A stretch of 64,000 nucleotides of DNA, taken from NCBI GenBank assembly GCA_964016885.1, contig OZ024743.1:186248001-186312000 (forward strand). Direction: 5' to 3'. Below, piece by piece: positions 50,127 to 64,000 of the stretch (its first letter is position 1; every line of letters begins with the position of its first letter). This DNA comes from Eledone cirrhosa. Taxonomy: Eukaryota. The notes below the pieces were generated by a model, which made no database searches, was not told where the DNA came from, and saw only the letters and a program-made list of their open reading frames with translations. A program made the position numbers and the translations under genes.

Positions 50127-51974
50127 TATATATATATATATATACATACAGAGAGAGAGAAGAAGCAGGAAGTAAAATGTTGAAACATATTCTGTTATTA
50201 GAAACATGGTAAGAAAAAGGCTAAACACATTTAAACATCTATCTATTTATAAGTAGATAGACTACTACCATTGCTACCACAATGATATATGCCCAGACAA
50301 TGTAGATGAATAATCTCTGATTTGTAGAATCCCAGGTACACACATCCCCTCATGGTCCCACTGGACAAAATAGAGAAAGCAGTACTGTAGAGAATAGCAA
50401 GGGAGATGCTTTGAAATAGCCATTCCAACTCATGCAGGTGGCCAACTTCATCTCAATTATTTTTTATATCCTTAGTGAGTAGAGATATCTCTTTTTAATT
50501 CTATTCAATCAATTTCCAAATTTCAAATATCTTTATTAAGAAATAATTTTTAATTTAGCAGTGAGAAGTTACATTAAGTTAGTAATGAAAAAGGTGTAAG
50601 GTTTACCTATATTGAAAGGTAGAGGAGTAAAGAACATAAATTGAAGAATGCCTCTCATTTTTCTTTTACACACATGCATACAACACTTATTACACCTTCT
50701 GTGCACAAGTGAACCAATATCAATTTTTGTAGTGAAATAAACAACCTTTTCTCACTGAGTTGGTACCCGTAACCTTTCAAATGCATGCGCATCATACACA
50801 TGATGCTTACTCTCTTTTTCACACTCACACACACACACACACCATCACTTTTACGTCCACGTTTCTATGCTGACATAGGTTGGATAGGGTGTTTTGAGGT
50901 AATGTTTTATAGCTGGATGCCCTTCCTGACATCAACCTCTATTAATCACCTCTTACAACATGCAGGGACACGATGTACCTATTATAAAAACCTGGATACA
51001 CATGGCAATACATACACACACATATATGCACACATGCATACACAAGATACTTACATACACACTCATACTTAGATACTTAAAATTTATATAATCTTTATGG
51101 AGTTATATGAAGTGTATTGTAAATACTAATTTAGGCAGACCAGTAATTTAGGAAGACCAGTAAATTTGGAGGAAGGGCAAAGTTGATTAAATTAATCCCA
51201 GTTCTTGACTGGTACTTATTTTATAGTTCTCAGAAACATGAAAGGCAAAGTTGACCTCTGTGGAATTGGAACTCAGAGTGTAAAGAGGCAAATCGAAAAT
51301 GACAATGGCATTTTTTGTGATGTTCTACCAATTCAGCTAATCCAAAATGTTGTAAATATCAAAAAGAGAAATGATTAAACTTCTGAAAATTATATGGAAA
51401 AAAAAACCTTATGAATGTGTTGGACAGGTAGAGAGGAAAACTAATTATTTTAAAAGTATTGACAACAGTATTTAAAGATCTTACATTCTGTTGAAGGTTA
51501 TGATATGTAGAATCAAATGTATCAAATAAATTTTGTAACCAAAAGATATATAAAAAGACTTGTAATGAGAAAATATGACCTAAGGCTCATTACTGTTAAC
51601 TAGCTTTTTTTTCATAACTGAATGATGGCAATGGTAGTAATAAAATATTTATAACTCATAGCTCTGCTTTTTGGATAATCAATTTAAGAGAGGTGTCAGA
51701 TTAATGTTCAATAGCACAAAATATTAAGAACACATTATATCTGGTTTAGAAAATAATATTCTGAAATTGTTTGAGATTTTCTAATGTTTATTGGCAGTTT
51801 CATTCTTTTTATTTCGATAAATGTTAACTGGTGCTGTACTAATGTTGAAGCAGTTTTTGAAGTCACTGCTATTAGAGAAAAGATGGCTACCTGCAAGTAT
51901 AAACTCTGAAAGGTGGAGTGGCTGCTCCAGAAAAAAAAACATAGTAAGAGATATGATTTTCCCTATTCCTGTAG

Positions 51975-52385
51975 TTTGTAAACACCCACAAAGTTATTAA
52001 CCATCTCACCAACAACAACCCTGAGCACCTTTTTGATCTCCATGTGTCTAACACACATGGACATGCCTACAAAGTCAGAAAACAGCACAGCTCCCATGAC
52101 TTTCAGAAACATTTTTTCATGCTTAGAGTTGCTGAAGCATGGAACAAACTGCCTGCGTCAGTTGTTAGTTGCCGAGACACTGCATCCTTTAAAACCCTCA
52201 TGCTTCCTGAAATTCGCCAAAACTACACCTGATGTCCCCCTTCCATACACATGCACACATGTGTATATCATGACTCCCTGACGTTTGTACATTACCCTAT
52301 GTACTATACATACACTTTTGATGAGTTGTAGTGCACCTGAGCACTGTACACAATATTTTCATTTTTATTATCATTATTATCATTA
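51975..52385 (+). mobile_element. CR1-type LINE 3' fragment
   Basis: THGHAYKV...KHFFMLRVAEAWNKLP matches the CR1 ORF2 C-terminal motif. ATT tail. Confidence 0.8.
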
Positions 52386-52574
52386 ACCATGTATGAAAAG
52401 GCAAACAACTGATATTTTTGTATTATATCAGAAATTTATATCTGAAATAGATGTTCTTTCTTATTGAATGTGAATATAGTGCTGAGACTCATTTATTGTA
52501 TTAAATAATATATATATAGTTGAATTTGTGGAAGAACTAGAGGATAAATTCCAGTTGTGGAAACAAAAGAGCTT

Positions 52575-53015
52575 AGAGCAAACTTAGCAAAACCAAAATG
52601 TTAATAAGTAGGAAAGAAGATAGGGCACCAATTTCATCAGGGAAGTGGATATGGAGAAAAGGAGTAGGCATCCACACTAAATGATGTACACAAGAGGTAT
52701 AGTGGGACAACAGGCAGACTAACAGAAAGGAAGACTTTGTATGTAGTAGATGTTCAGGGTCAATTGATAGTAAGAGTGCCAATAATAACAATAAGATAAA
52801 TAATATAAACCTTTTCCAATCCCAGAAAAGATCCATAAAAGTAATTGATAACTTCTGTTACATAGCTGATATAAGTAACAGGGAAGGAGGGTGCTCTGAG
52901 AGCATAGTAGCGAGAATAAGGACAGGATGGAAGAAGTTTAGGGAACTGCTACCTCTATTGACTACAAAAGGTTTCTTGCTATGAACAAAAGGTTGGCTGT
53001 ATGAAAGCCCATGCA
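52575..53015 (+). mobile_element. Degenerate RTE internal fragment
   Basis: AKTKMLISRKEDRAPISSGKW parallels AKTKVLMSRKEDKTPILSGKW. Confidence 0.7.
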
Positions 53016-53069
53016 CTGCACACATACTTATACTAGCAGAAAAAACCCAGTATTTCTGCTATTGAAATA

Positions 53070-53473
53070 ATGATTTTCAAATTTAGGCATAAGGCCAATA
53101 AATTTTTGTGGAAAGGGAAAGTCGATGAAATCAACGCCAGTGCATGACTGATACTTTATTTTATTGAGTCCGTAAGGATGAAAGGCAAATCTAACCTTCG
53201 CAGGATTTGAACTCAGACAATAAAGGGCCGTAAAGCATGTTCGATGCTCTACTGATACTGCCAATCCACTACCCTGCTAATGAAATAATTATTTTTACTT
53301 TTGGCACAAGGCTAGCAATTACCCAGTACATTACTGGTACTTTATTTTATCGACACCGTAAGGATGAAAGACAAAGTTAACCTTGGTGGGATTTGAACTC
53401 AGACCGTAAAGGGACGTAACTATGCTGGAAAGCATGGCGTCCGACTCTCTACCGATACTGCCAATTCACCGAC
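53070..53473 (-). mobile_element. Two adjacent SINEs
   Basis: Two cores, with cta(t/a)tgaaataat at all three junctions. Confidence 0.8.
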
Positions 53474-53770
53474 CCTATTGAAATAATAAAAGCAAAAATC
53501 TTGTATCATTTCCAGTGGATAAATAAATAAAACCAGCTCAGAATTTACTGTATGCAAGAGAAACAAATTTGGCTCTTTAAGTTTATTCAACATTAGCCAG
53601 TTTTCAATTAAAGACCTTGAGTATTTATATATAAGTCTGAAGAAGAGAATCTTAAACAAGAAATAATAATCTAAAGGTCGACATAGTGAATGGCAACATC
53701 AATTTAACCATTGCCAAATAATACTATTCAGGTTTCCATTTTGGGCTATATATAATATATATATATATAT

Positions 53771-53837
<67 letters not shown>

Positions 53838-54600
53838 TGTATGTGTATGTGTATGTGCATATGTGTATGTATGTGTGTGTGTGCATGTATATGTACATGA
53901 ATGTGTGACTGTATGTATATGCATTTATGTATGTATGAGTATGTGTATGTATGTGTATATATGTGTGCTTGTGATTGTGTGTGTATGTGTGTGTGAGAGG
54001 GTAAATTAATTTTGTTCAGGCTTCATTGTGAGGAAAGAGACAAGCCTATCACCATTAAACCTCTTCATTAGAGATACTTGAAAGCAATATTTACATCTCA
54101 AGTATTGGTGTCTACCATTTAACAACTTGGAGATTGATTTCAGTAATAACATCTACTAATTATCACAGATTGTAATGTTGTATTAACAAATGACCATGCT
54201 AAATGAAGCTCAACAACACGATATACCAGTTTGCGGCGATAGAGTAACTCTAATCTCCAATTGATTCACTTGATCCAATACTTAACAACTATAAATGAGA
54301 ATAATTCTTCTTCTTGTAGATAATTACTGACACCACACGGGGAATATTATGTTACCATAACAACATGAACACTAAACTAGTATTAATGCCTATCTTGGCA
54401 TCTGGCCAACTTCTTAGTAGATAGGTAAGCTGCATTATTATAACTGTTAGGTTTCTAAAAAAGTGTAACAAAGTCTATTAATTTAGTTAGTATTATTGCT
54501 AGGTCCAAAAGAATCTGTGACAGAGTCAGTTACATTGTCATCTACATAGTTATTACGACTAGCTGGCTCTGTGATGTCAAAAATGACGGCTAATAGTAAT

Positions 54601-54864
54601 ACCTATACATAATATGAAAAAGAGATGTTTGTTTGTTGGTTGGTCGCTTCACGCTCACTCACACAAGTGATACAAACACAAATACACCGCTTCCTTCCTC
54701 AGTCGATGTTATCACCCTTCCTTGCTCAGTCGACGTAACAACCCCTTCCTTCCTCAGTTGACATTATCACTCCTTCCTTGCACAGTTGACCTAATCACTC
54801 CTTCCTTCATCTGTCATCTCTAGTGTGTGACCGACAAATACACAAGGCTTTTATATTAGTAGAT
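54601..54864. mobile_element. Possible Helitron-derived element with internal ~27-bp repeats
   Basis: Both ends resemble Helitron 5' termini facing inward. Four copies of a cttccttcctcagtcgatgttatcacc-like unit. Confidence 0.4.
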
Positions 54865-57800
54865 ATCTATAACACAGTATAACAGTAATAATTGATGGTA
54901 GTGTTTCACTCCTAGGTCAGCTCTGACTACTATATCTATAACATAGTATAACAGTAATAATTGATGGTAGTGTTTCACTCCTAAGTCAGTTCCAACTTCT
55001 ATATCTATAACATAGTATAACAGTAATAATTGATGGTAGTGTTTCACTCCTAAGTCAGTTCCAACTTCTATATCTATAACATAGTATAACAGTAATAACT
55101 GATGGTAGTGTTTCACCCCTAAGTCAGCTCTAACTACTATATCTATAACATAGTATAACAGTAATAATTAATGGTAGTGTTTCACTCCTAAGTCAGCTGT
55201 GACTACTATATCTATAACATAGTATAACAGTAATAATTGATGAAAGTGTTTCACTCCTAGGTCAGCTCTAACTAATATATCTATAACATAGTATAACAGT
55301 AATAATTGATGGTAGTGTTTCACTCCTATGTCAGCTCTGACTACTATATCTATAACATAGTATAACAGTAATAATTGATGGTAGTGTTTCAATCCTAGGT
55401 CAGCTCTAACTACTATATCTATAACATAGTATAACAGTAATAATTGATGGTAGTGTTTCACTCCTATGTCAGCTCTGACTACTATATCTATAACATAGTA
55501 TAACAGTAATAATTGATGGTAGTGTTTCAATCCTAGGTCAGCTCTAACTACTATATCTATAACATAGTATAACAGTAATAATTGATGGTAGTGTTTCACT
55601 CCTATGTCAGCTCTGACTACTATATCTATAACATAGTATAACAGTAATTATTTGATGGTAGTGTTTCACTCCTAAGTCAGCTCTAACTACTATATCTATA
55701 ACATAGTATAACAGTAATAATTGATGGTACTGTTTCACTCCTAAGTCAGCTCTAACTACAATATCTATAACATAGTATAACAGTAATAATTGATGGTAGT
55801 GTTTCACTCCTAGGTCTGCTCTAACTACTATATCTATAACATAGAATAACAGTAATAATTGATGGTAGTGTTTCACCCCTAAGTCAGCTCTAACTACTAT
55901 ATCTATAACATAGTATAACAGTAATAATTGATGGAAGTGTTTCACTTCTAAGTCAGCTCTAACTACTATATCTATAACATAGTATAACAGTAATAACTGT
56001 TGGTAGTGTTTCACTCCTAGGTCAGCTCTAACTACTATATCTATAACATAGTATAAAAGTAATAATTGATGGTAGTGTTTCACTCCTAAGTCAGCTCTAA
56101 CTACTATATCTATAACATAGTATAACAGTAATAATTGATGGTAGTGTTTCACTCCTAAGTCAGATCTAACTACTATATCTATAACATAGTATAACAGTAA
56201 TAATTGATGGTAGTGTTTCACTCCTAAGTCAGCAGTAACTACTATATCTATAACATAGTATAACAGTAATAATTGATGGTAGTGTTTCACTCCTAGGCCA
56301 GCTCTGACTACTATATCTATAACATAGTATAACAGTAATAATTGATGGTAGTGTTTCATTCCTAGGTCAGCTCTAACTACTATATCTATAACATAGTATA
56401 ACAGTAATAATTGATGGTAGTGTTTCACTGCTAAGTCAGCTCTAACTACTATATCTATAACATAGTATAACAGTAATAATTGATGGTAGTGTTTCACTCC
56501 TAGGTCAGCTCTGACTACTATATCTATAACATATTATAACAGTAATAACTGTTGGTAGTGTTTCACTTCTAAGTCAGCTGTAACTTCTATATCTATAACA
56601 TAGTATAACAGTAATAATTGATGGTAGTGTTACACTCCTAGGTCAGCTCTAACTACTATATCTATAACATAGTATAACAGTAATAATTGATGGTAGTGTT
56701 TCACTCCTAGATCAGCTCTGACTACTATATCTATAACATATTATAACAGTAATAACTGTTGGTAGTGTTTCACTTCTAAGTCAGCTGTAACTTCTATATC
56801 TATAACATAGTATAACAGTAATAATTGATGGTAGTGTTTCACTCCTAAGTCAGTTCCAACTTCTATATCTATAACATAGTATAACAGTAATAACTGATGG
56901 TAGTGTTTCACCCCTAAGTCAGCTCTAACTACTATATCTATAACATAGTATAACAGTAATAATTGATGGTAGTGTTTCACTCCTAAGTCAGCTCTAACTA
57001 CTATATCTATAACATAGTATAACAGTAATAATTAATGGTAGTGTTTCACTCCTAAGTCAGTTCTAACTACTATATCTATAACATAGTATAACAGTAATAA
57101 TTGATGGTAGTGTTTCACTCCTAAGTCAGCTCTAACTACTATATCTATAACATAGTATAACAGTAATAACTGATGGTAGTGTTTCACCCCTAAGTCAGCT
57201 CTAACTACTATATCTATAACATAGTATAACAGTAATAATTGATGGTAGTGTTTCACTCCTAAGTCAGCTGTGACTACTATATCTATAACATAGTATAACA
57301 GTAATAACTGATGGTAGTGTTTCACTCCTAGGTCAGCTCTAACTACTATATCTATAACATAGTATAACAGTAATAATTGATGGTAGTGTTTCACTCCTAA
57401 GTCAGCCCTAACTACTATATCTATAACATAGTATAACAGTAATAATTGATGGTAGTGTTTCACTCCTAAGTCACCTCTAACTACTATATCTATAACATAG
57501 TATAACAGTAATCATTGATGGTAGTGTTTCACTCCTAAGTCACCTCTAACTACTATATCTATAACATAGTATAACAGTAATAATTGATGGTAGTGTTTCA
57601 CTCCTAAGTCACCTCTAACTACTATATCTATAACATAGTATAACAGTAATAATTGATGGTAGTGTTTCACTCCTAGATCAGCTCTGACTACTATATCTAT
57701 AACATAGTATAACAGTAATAATTGATGGTAGTGTTTCACTCCTAAGTCAGCTCTAACTACTATATCTATAACATAGTATAACAGTAATAATTGATGGTAG

Positions 57801-60800
57801 TGTTTCACTCCTAAGTCAGCTCTAACTACTATATCTATAACATAGTATAACAGTAATAATTGATGGTAGTGTTTCACTCCTAGGTCAGCTCTAACTACTA
57901 TATCTATAACATAGTATAACAGTAATTATTTGATGGTAGTGTTTCACTCCTAAGTCAGCTCTAACTACTATATCTATAACATAGTATAACAGTAATAATT
58001 GATGGTAGTGTTTCACTCCTAAGTTAGCTCTAACTACTATATCTATAACATAGTATAACAGTAATAATTGATGGTACTGTTTCACTCCTAAGTCAGCTCT
58101 AACTACAATATCTATAACATAGTATAACAGTAATAATTGATGGTAGTGTTTCACTCCTAGGTCTGCTCTAACTACTATATCTATAACATAGTATAACAGT
58201 AATAATTGATGGTAGTGTTTCACTCCTAAGTCAGCTCTAACTACAATATCTATAACATAGTATAACAGTAATAACTGTTGGTAGTGTTTCACTCCTAGGT
58301 CAGCTCTAACTACTATATCTATAACATAGTATAAAAGTAATAATTGATGGTAGTGTTTCACTCCTAAGTCAGCTCTAACTACTATATCTATAACATAGTA
58401 TAACAGTAATAATTGATGGTAGTGTTTCACTCCTAGGTCAGCTCTGACTACTATATCTATAACGTAGTATAACAGTAATAATTGATGGTAGTATTTCACT
58501 CCTAAGTCAGATCTAACTACTATATCTATAACATAGTATAACAGTAATAATTGATGGTAGTGTTTCACTCCTAAGTCAGCACTAACTACTATATCTATAA
58601 CATAGTATAACAGTAATAATTGATGGTAGTGTTTCACTCCTAGGCCAGCTCTGACTACTATATCTATAACATAGTATAACAGTAATAATTGATGGTAGTG
58701 TTTCATTCCTAGGTCAGCTCTAACTACTATATCTATAACATAGTATAACAGTAATAATTGATGGTAGTGTTTCACTGCTAAGTCAGCTCTAACTACTTTA
58801 TCTATAACATAGTATAACAGTAATAATTGATGGTAGTGTTTCACTGCTAAGTCAGCTCTAACTACTATATCTATAACATAGTATAACAGTAATAATTGAT
58901 GGTAGTGTTTCACTGCTAAGTCAGCTCTAACTACTATATCTATAACATAGTATAACAGTAATAATTGATGGTAGTGTTTCACTGCTAAGTCAGCTCTAAC
59001 TACTATATCTATAACATAGTATAACAGTAATAATTGATGGTAGTGTTTCACTGCTAAGTCAGCTCTAACTACTTTATCTATAACATAGTATAACAGTAAT
59101 AATTGATGGTAGTGTTTCACTGCTAAGTCAGCTCTAACTACTATATCTATAACATAGTATAACAGTAATAATTGATGGTAGTGTTTCACTGCTAAGTCAG
59201 CTCTAACTACTATATCTATAACATAGTATAACAGTAATAATTGATGGTAGTGTTTCACTGCTAAGTCAGCTCTAACTACTATATCTATAACATAGTATAA
59301 CAGTAATAATTGATGGTAGTGTTTCACTGCTAAGTCAGCTCTAACTACTATATCTATAACATAGTATAACAGTAATAATTGATGGTAGTGTTTCACTCCT
59401 AGGTCAGCTCTGACTACTATATCTATAACATATTATAACAGTAATAACTGTTGGTAGTGTTTCACTTCTAAGTCAGCTGTAACTACTATATCTATAACAT
59501 AGTATAACAGTAATAATTGATGGTAGTGTTTCACTCCTAATCAGCTCTAACTACTATATCTATAACATAGTATAACAGTAATAATTGATGGTAGTGTTAC
59601 ACTCCTAGGTCAGCTCTAACTACTATATCTATAACATAGTATAACAGTAATAATTAATGGTAGTGTTTCATTCCTAAGTCAGCTCTGACTACTATATATA
59701 TAACATAGTATAACAGTAATAATTAATGGTAGTGTTTCACTCCTAAGTCAGCTCTGACTACTATATCTATAACATAGTATAACAGTAATAATTGATGGTA
59801 GTGTTTCACTCCTAGGTCAGCTCTAACTACTATATCTATAACATAGTATAACAGTAATAATTAATGGTAGTGTTTTCCTCCTAAGTCAGCTCTAACTACT
59901 ATATCTATAACATAGTATAACAGTAATAATTAATGGTAGCGTTTCACTCCTAAGTCAGCTCTGACTACTATATCTATAACATAGTATAACAGTAATAATT
60001 GATGGTAGTGTTTCACTCCTAGATCAGCACTAACTACTATATCTATAACATAGTATAACAGTAATAATTGATGGTAGTGTTTCACTCCTAAGTCACCTCT
60101 ATCTACTATATATATAACATAGTATAACAGTAATAATTGATGGAAGTGTTTCACTCCTAAGTCAGCTCTAACTACTATATCTATAACACAGTATAACAGT
60201 AAGAATTGATGGTAGTATTTCACTCCTAAGTCAGCTCTAACTACTATATCTATAACATAGTATAACAGTAATAATTGATGGTAGTGTTTCACTCCTAGGT
60301 CAGCTCTAACTACTATATCTATAACATAGTATAACAGTAATAATTGATGGTAGTGTTTTACTCCTAAGTCAGCTCTAACTACTATATCTATAACATAGTT
60401 AAACAGTAATAATTGATGGTAGTGTTTCACTCTTAGGCCAGCTCTAACTACTATATCTATAACATAGTATAACAGGAATAATTGATGGTAGTTTTTCCCT
60501 CCTGAGTCAGCTCTAACTACTATATCTATAACATAGTATAACAGTAATAACTGTTGGTAGTGTTTCACTCCTATGTCAGCTCTGACTACTATATCTATAA
60601 CATAGTATAACAGTAATAATTGATGGTAGTGTTTCAATCCTAGGTCAGCTCTAACTATTATATCTATAACATAGTATAACAGTAATAATTGATGGTAGTG
60701 TTTCACTCCTATGTCAGCTCTGACTACTATATCTATAACATAGTATAACAGTAATTATTTGATGGTAGTGTTTCACTCCTAAGTCAGCTCTAACTACTAT

Positions 60801-63800
60801 ATCTATAACATAGTATAACAGTAATAATTGATGGTACTGTTTCACTCCTAAGTCAGCTCTAACTGCAATATCTATAACATAGTATAACAGTAATAATTGA
60901 TGGTAGTGTTTCACTCCTAGGTCTGCTCTAACTACTATATGTATAACATAGTATAACAGTAATAATTGATGGTAGTGTTTCACTCCTAAGTCAGCTCTAA
61001 CTACTATATCTATAACATAGTATAACAGTAATAATTGATGGAAGTGTTTCACTTCTAAGTCAGCTCTAACTACTATATCTATAACATAGTATAACAGTAA
61101 TAACTGTTGGTAGTGTTTCACTCCTAGGTCAGCTCTAACTACTATATCTATAACATAGTATAAAAGTAATAATTGATGGTAGTGTTTCACTCCTAAGTCA
61201 GCTCTAACTACTATATCTATAACATAGTATAACAGTAATAATTGATGGTAGTGTTTCACTCCTAAGTCAGATCTAACTACTATATCTATAACATAGTATA
61301 ACAGTAATAATTGATGGTAGTGTTTCACTCCTAGGTCGGCTCTAACTACTATATCTATAACATAGTATAACAGTAATAATTGATGGTAATGTTTCACTGC
61401 TAAGTCAGCTCTAACTACTTTATCTATAACATAGTATAGCAGTAATAATTGATGGTAGTGTTTCACTCCTAGGTCAGCTCTGACTACTATATCTATAACA
61501 TATTATAACAGTAATAACTGTTGGTAGTGTTTCACTTCTAAGTCAGCTGTAACTTCTATATCTATAACATAGTATAACAGTAATAATTGATGGTAGTGTT
61601 ACACTCCTAGGTCAGCTCTAACTACTATATCTATAACATAGTATAACAGTAATAATTGATGGTAGTGTTTCACTCCTAGATCAGCTCTGACTACTATATC
61701 TATAACATATTATAACAGTAATAACTGTTGGTAGTGTTTCACTTCTAAGTCAGCTGTAACTTCTATATCTATAACATAGTATAACAGTAATAATTGATGG
61801 TAGTGTTTCACTCCTAAGTCAGTTCCAACTTCTATATCTATAACATAGTATAACAGTAATAACTGATGGTAGTGTTTCACTCCTAAGTCAGCTCTAACTA
61901 CTATATCTATAACATAGTATAACAGTAATAATTGATGGTAGTGTTTCACTCCTAAGTCAGCTCTAACTACTATATCTATAACATAGTATAACAGTAATAA
62001 TTAATGGTAGTGTTTCACTCCTAAGTCAGTTCTAACTACTATATCTATAACATAGTATAACAGTAATAATTGATGGTAGTGTTCCACTCCTAAGTCAGCT
62101 CTAACTACTATATCTATAACATAGTATAACAGTAATAACTGATGGTAGTGTTTCACCCCTAAGTCAGCTCTAACTACTATATCTATAACATAGTATAACA
62201 GTAATAATTGATGGTAGTGTTTCACTCCTAAGTCAGCTGTGACTACTATATCTATAACATGGTATAACAGTAATAACTGATGGTAGTGTTTCACTCCTAG
62301 GTCAGCTCTAACTACTATATCTATAACATAGTATAACAGTAATAATTGATGGTAGTGTTTCACTCCTAAGTCAGCTCTAACTACTATATCTATAACATAG
62401 TATAACAGTAATAATTGATGGTAGTGTTTCACTCCTAAGTCACCTCTAACTACTATATCTATAACATAGTATAACAGTAATAATTGATGGTAGTGTTTCA
62501 CTCCTAAGTCACCTCTAACTACTATATCTATAACATAGTATAACAGTAATAATTGATGGTAGTGTTTCACTCCTAAGTCACCTCTAACTACTATATCTAT
62601 AACATAGTATAACAGTAATAATTGATGGTAGTGTTTCACTCCTAGATCAGCTCTGACTACTATATCTATAACATAGTATAACAGTAATAATTGATGGTAG
62701 TGTTTCACTCCTAAGTCAGCTCTAACTACTATATCTATAACATAGTATAACAGTAATAATTGATGGTAGTGTTTCACTCCTAAGTCAGCTCTAACTACTA
62801 TATCTATAACATAGTATAACAGTAATAATTGATGGTAGTGTTTCACTCCTAGGTTAGCTCTAACTACTATATCTATAACATAGTATAACAGTAATTATTT
62901 GATGGTAGTGTTTCACTCCTAAGTCAGCTCTAACTACTATATCTATAACATAGTATAACAGTAATAATTGATGGTAGTGTTTCACTCCTAAGTTAGCTCT
63001 AACTACTATATCTATAACATAGTATAACAGTAATAATTGATGGTACTGTTTCACTCCTAAGTCAGCTCTAACTACAATATCTATAACATAGTATAACAGT
63101 AATAATTGATGGTAGTGTTTCACTCCTAGGTCTGCTCTAACTACTATATCTATAACATAGTATAACAGTAATAATTGATGGTAGTGTTTCACTCCTAGGT
63201 CAGCTCTAACTACTATATCTATAACATAGTATAAAAGTAATAATTGATGGTAGTGTTTCACTCCTAAGTCAGCTCTAACTACTATATCTATAACATAGTA
63301 TAACAGTAATAATTGATGGTAGTGTTTCACTGCTAGGTCAGCTCTGACTACTATATCTATAACATAGTATAACAGTAATAATTGATGGTAGTGTTTCACT
63401 CCTAAGTCAGATCTAACTACTATATCTATAACATAGTATAACAGTAATAATTGATGGTAGTGTTTCACTCCTAAGTCAGCACTAACTACTATATCTATAA
63501 CATAGTATAACAGTAATAATTGATGGTAGTGTTTCACTCCTAGGCCAGCTCTGACTACTATATCTATAACATAGTATAACAGTAATAATTGATGGTAGTG
63601 TTTCATTCCTAGTTCAGCTCTAACTACTATATCTATAACATAGTATAACAGTAATAATTGATGGTAGTGTTTCACTGCTAAGTCAGCTCTAACTACTTTA
63701 TCTATAACATAGTATAACAGTAATAATTGATGGTAGTGTTTCACTGCTAAGTCAGCTCTAACTACTATATCTATAACATAGTATAACAGTAATAATTGAT

Positions 63801-64000
63801 GGTAGTGTTTCACTGCTAAGTCAGCTCTAACTACTATATCTATAACATAGTATAACAGTAATAATTGATGGTAGTGTTTCACTGCTAAGTCAGCTCTAAC
63901 TACTATATCTATAACATAGTATAACAGTAATAATTGATGGTAGTGTTTCACTGCTAAGTCAGCTCTAACTACTTTATCTATAACATAGTATAACAGTAAT
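54863..64000. repeat. 69-bp satellite, ~132 copies, continuing past the window
   Basis: Unit ctataacatagtataacagtaataattgatggtagtgtttcactcctaagtcagctctaactactatat. Confidence 0.98.

Noticed and set aside
54856-63951. Long ORFs of repeated KHYHQLLLLYYVIDIVVRADLGV
   Set aside because: By-product of a 69-bp unit (multiple of 3) with one stop-free frame. Stops and +1 indels are scattered through the array.
54863-64000. CRISPR-like appearance (constant part plus variable part)
   Set aside because: The variable segment differs only by point substitutions. There are no unique spacers and no cas genes, and the context is eukaryotic.

Overview
AT-rich, repeat-dense animal genomic DNA. The repeat inventory suggests an octopod cephalopod, which is an inference. 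Eleven short minus-strand exons (33073 down to 11315) encode the middle to C-terminal part of a voltage-gated calcium channel alpha-2/delta (CACNA2D-like) subunit, so most or all of the window is intronic. The introns contain three R4/Dong retrotransposon copies from two families joined by (TAA)n, RTE LINEs with a partner SINE, tRNA-derived SINEs, CR1 and Penelope fragments, non-autonomous Helitrons, mariner and piggyBac-like MITEs, 42-bp and 38-bp minisatellites, and a >9 kb 69-bp satellite with a ~4969-bp higher-order period. The most notable feature is an ORF-less array at 47.9-49.65 kb. It is made of a 466-bp highly structured unit, each copy carrying a complete minimal type I hammerhead ribozyme, with one block inverted (retrozyme / Penelope pseudo-LTR-like). 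Several degenerate hammerheads and a 298-bp spacerless palindrome with tRNA-like heads lie nearby in (TA)n tracts. All calls were made by eye and repeat boundaries are approximate.
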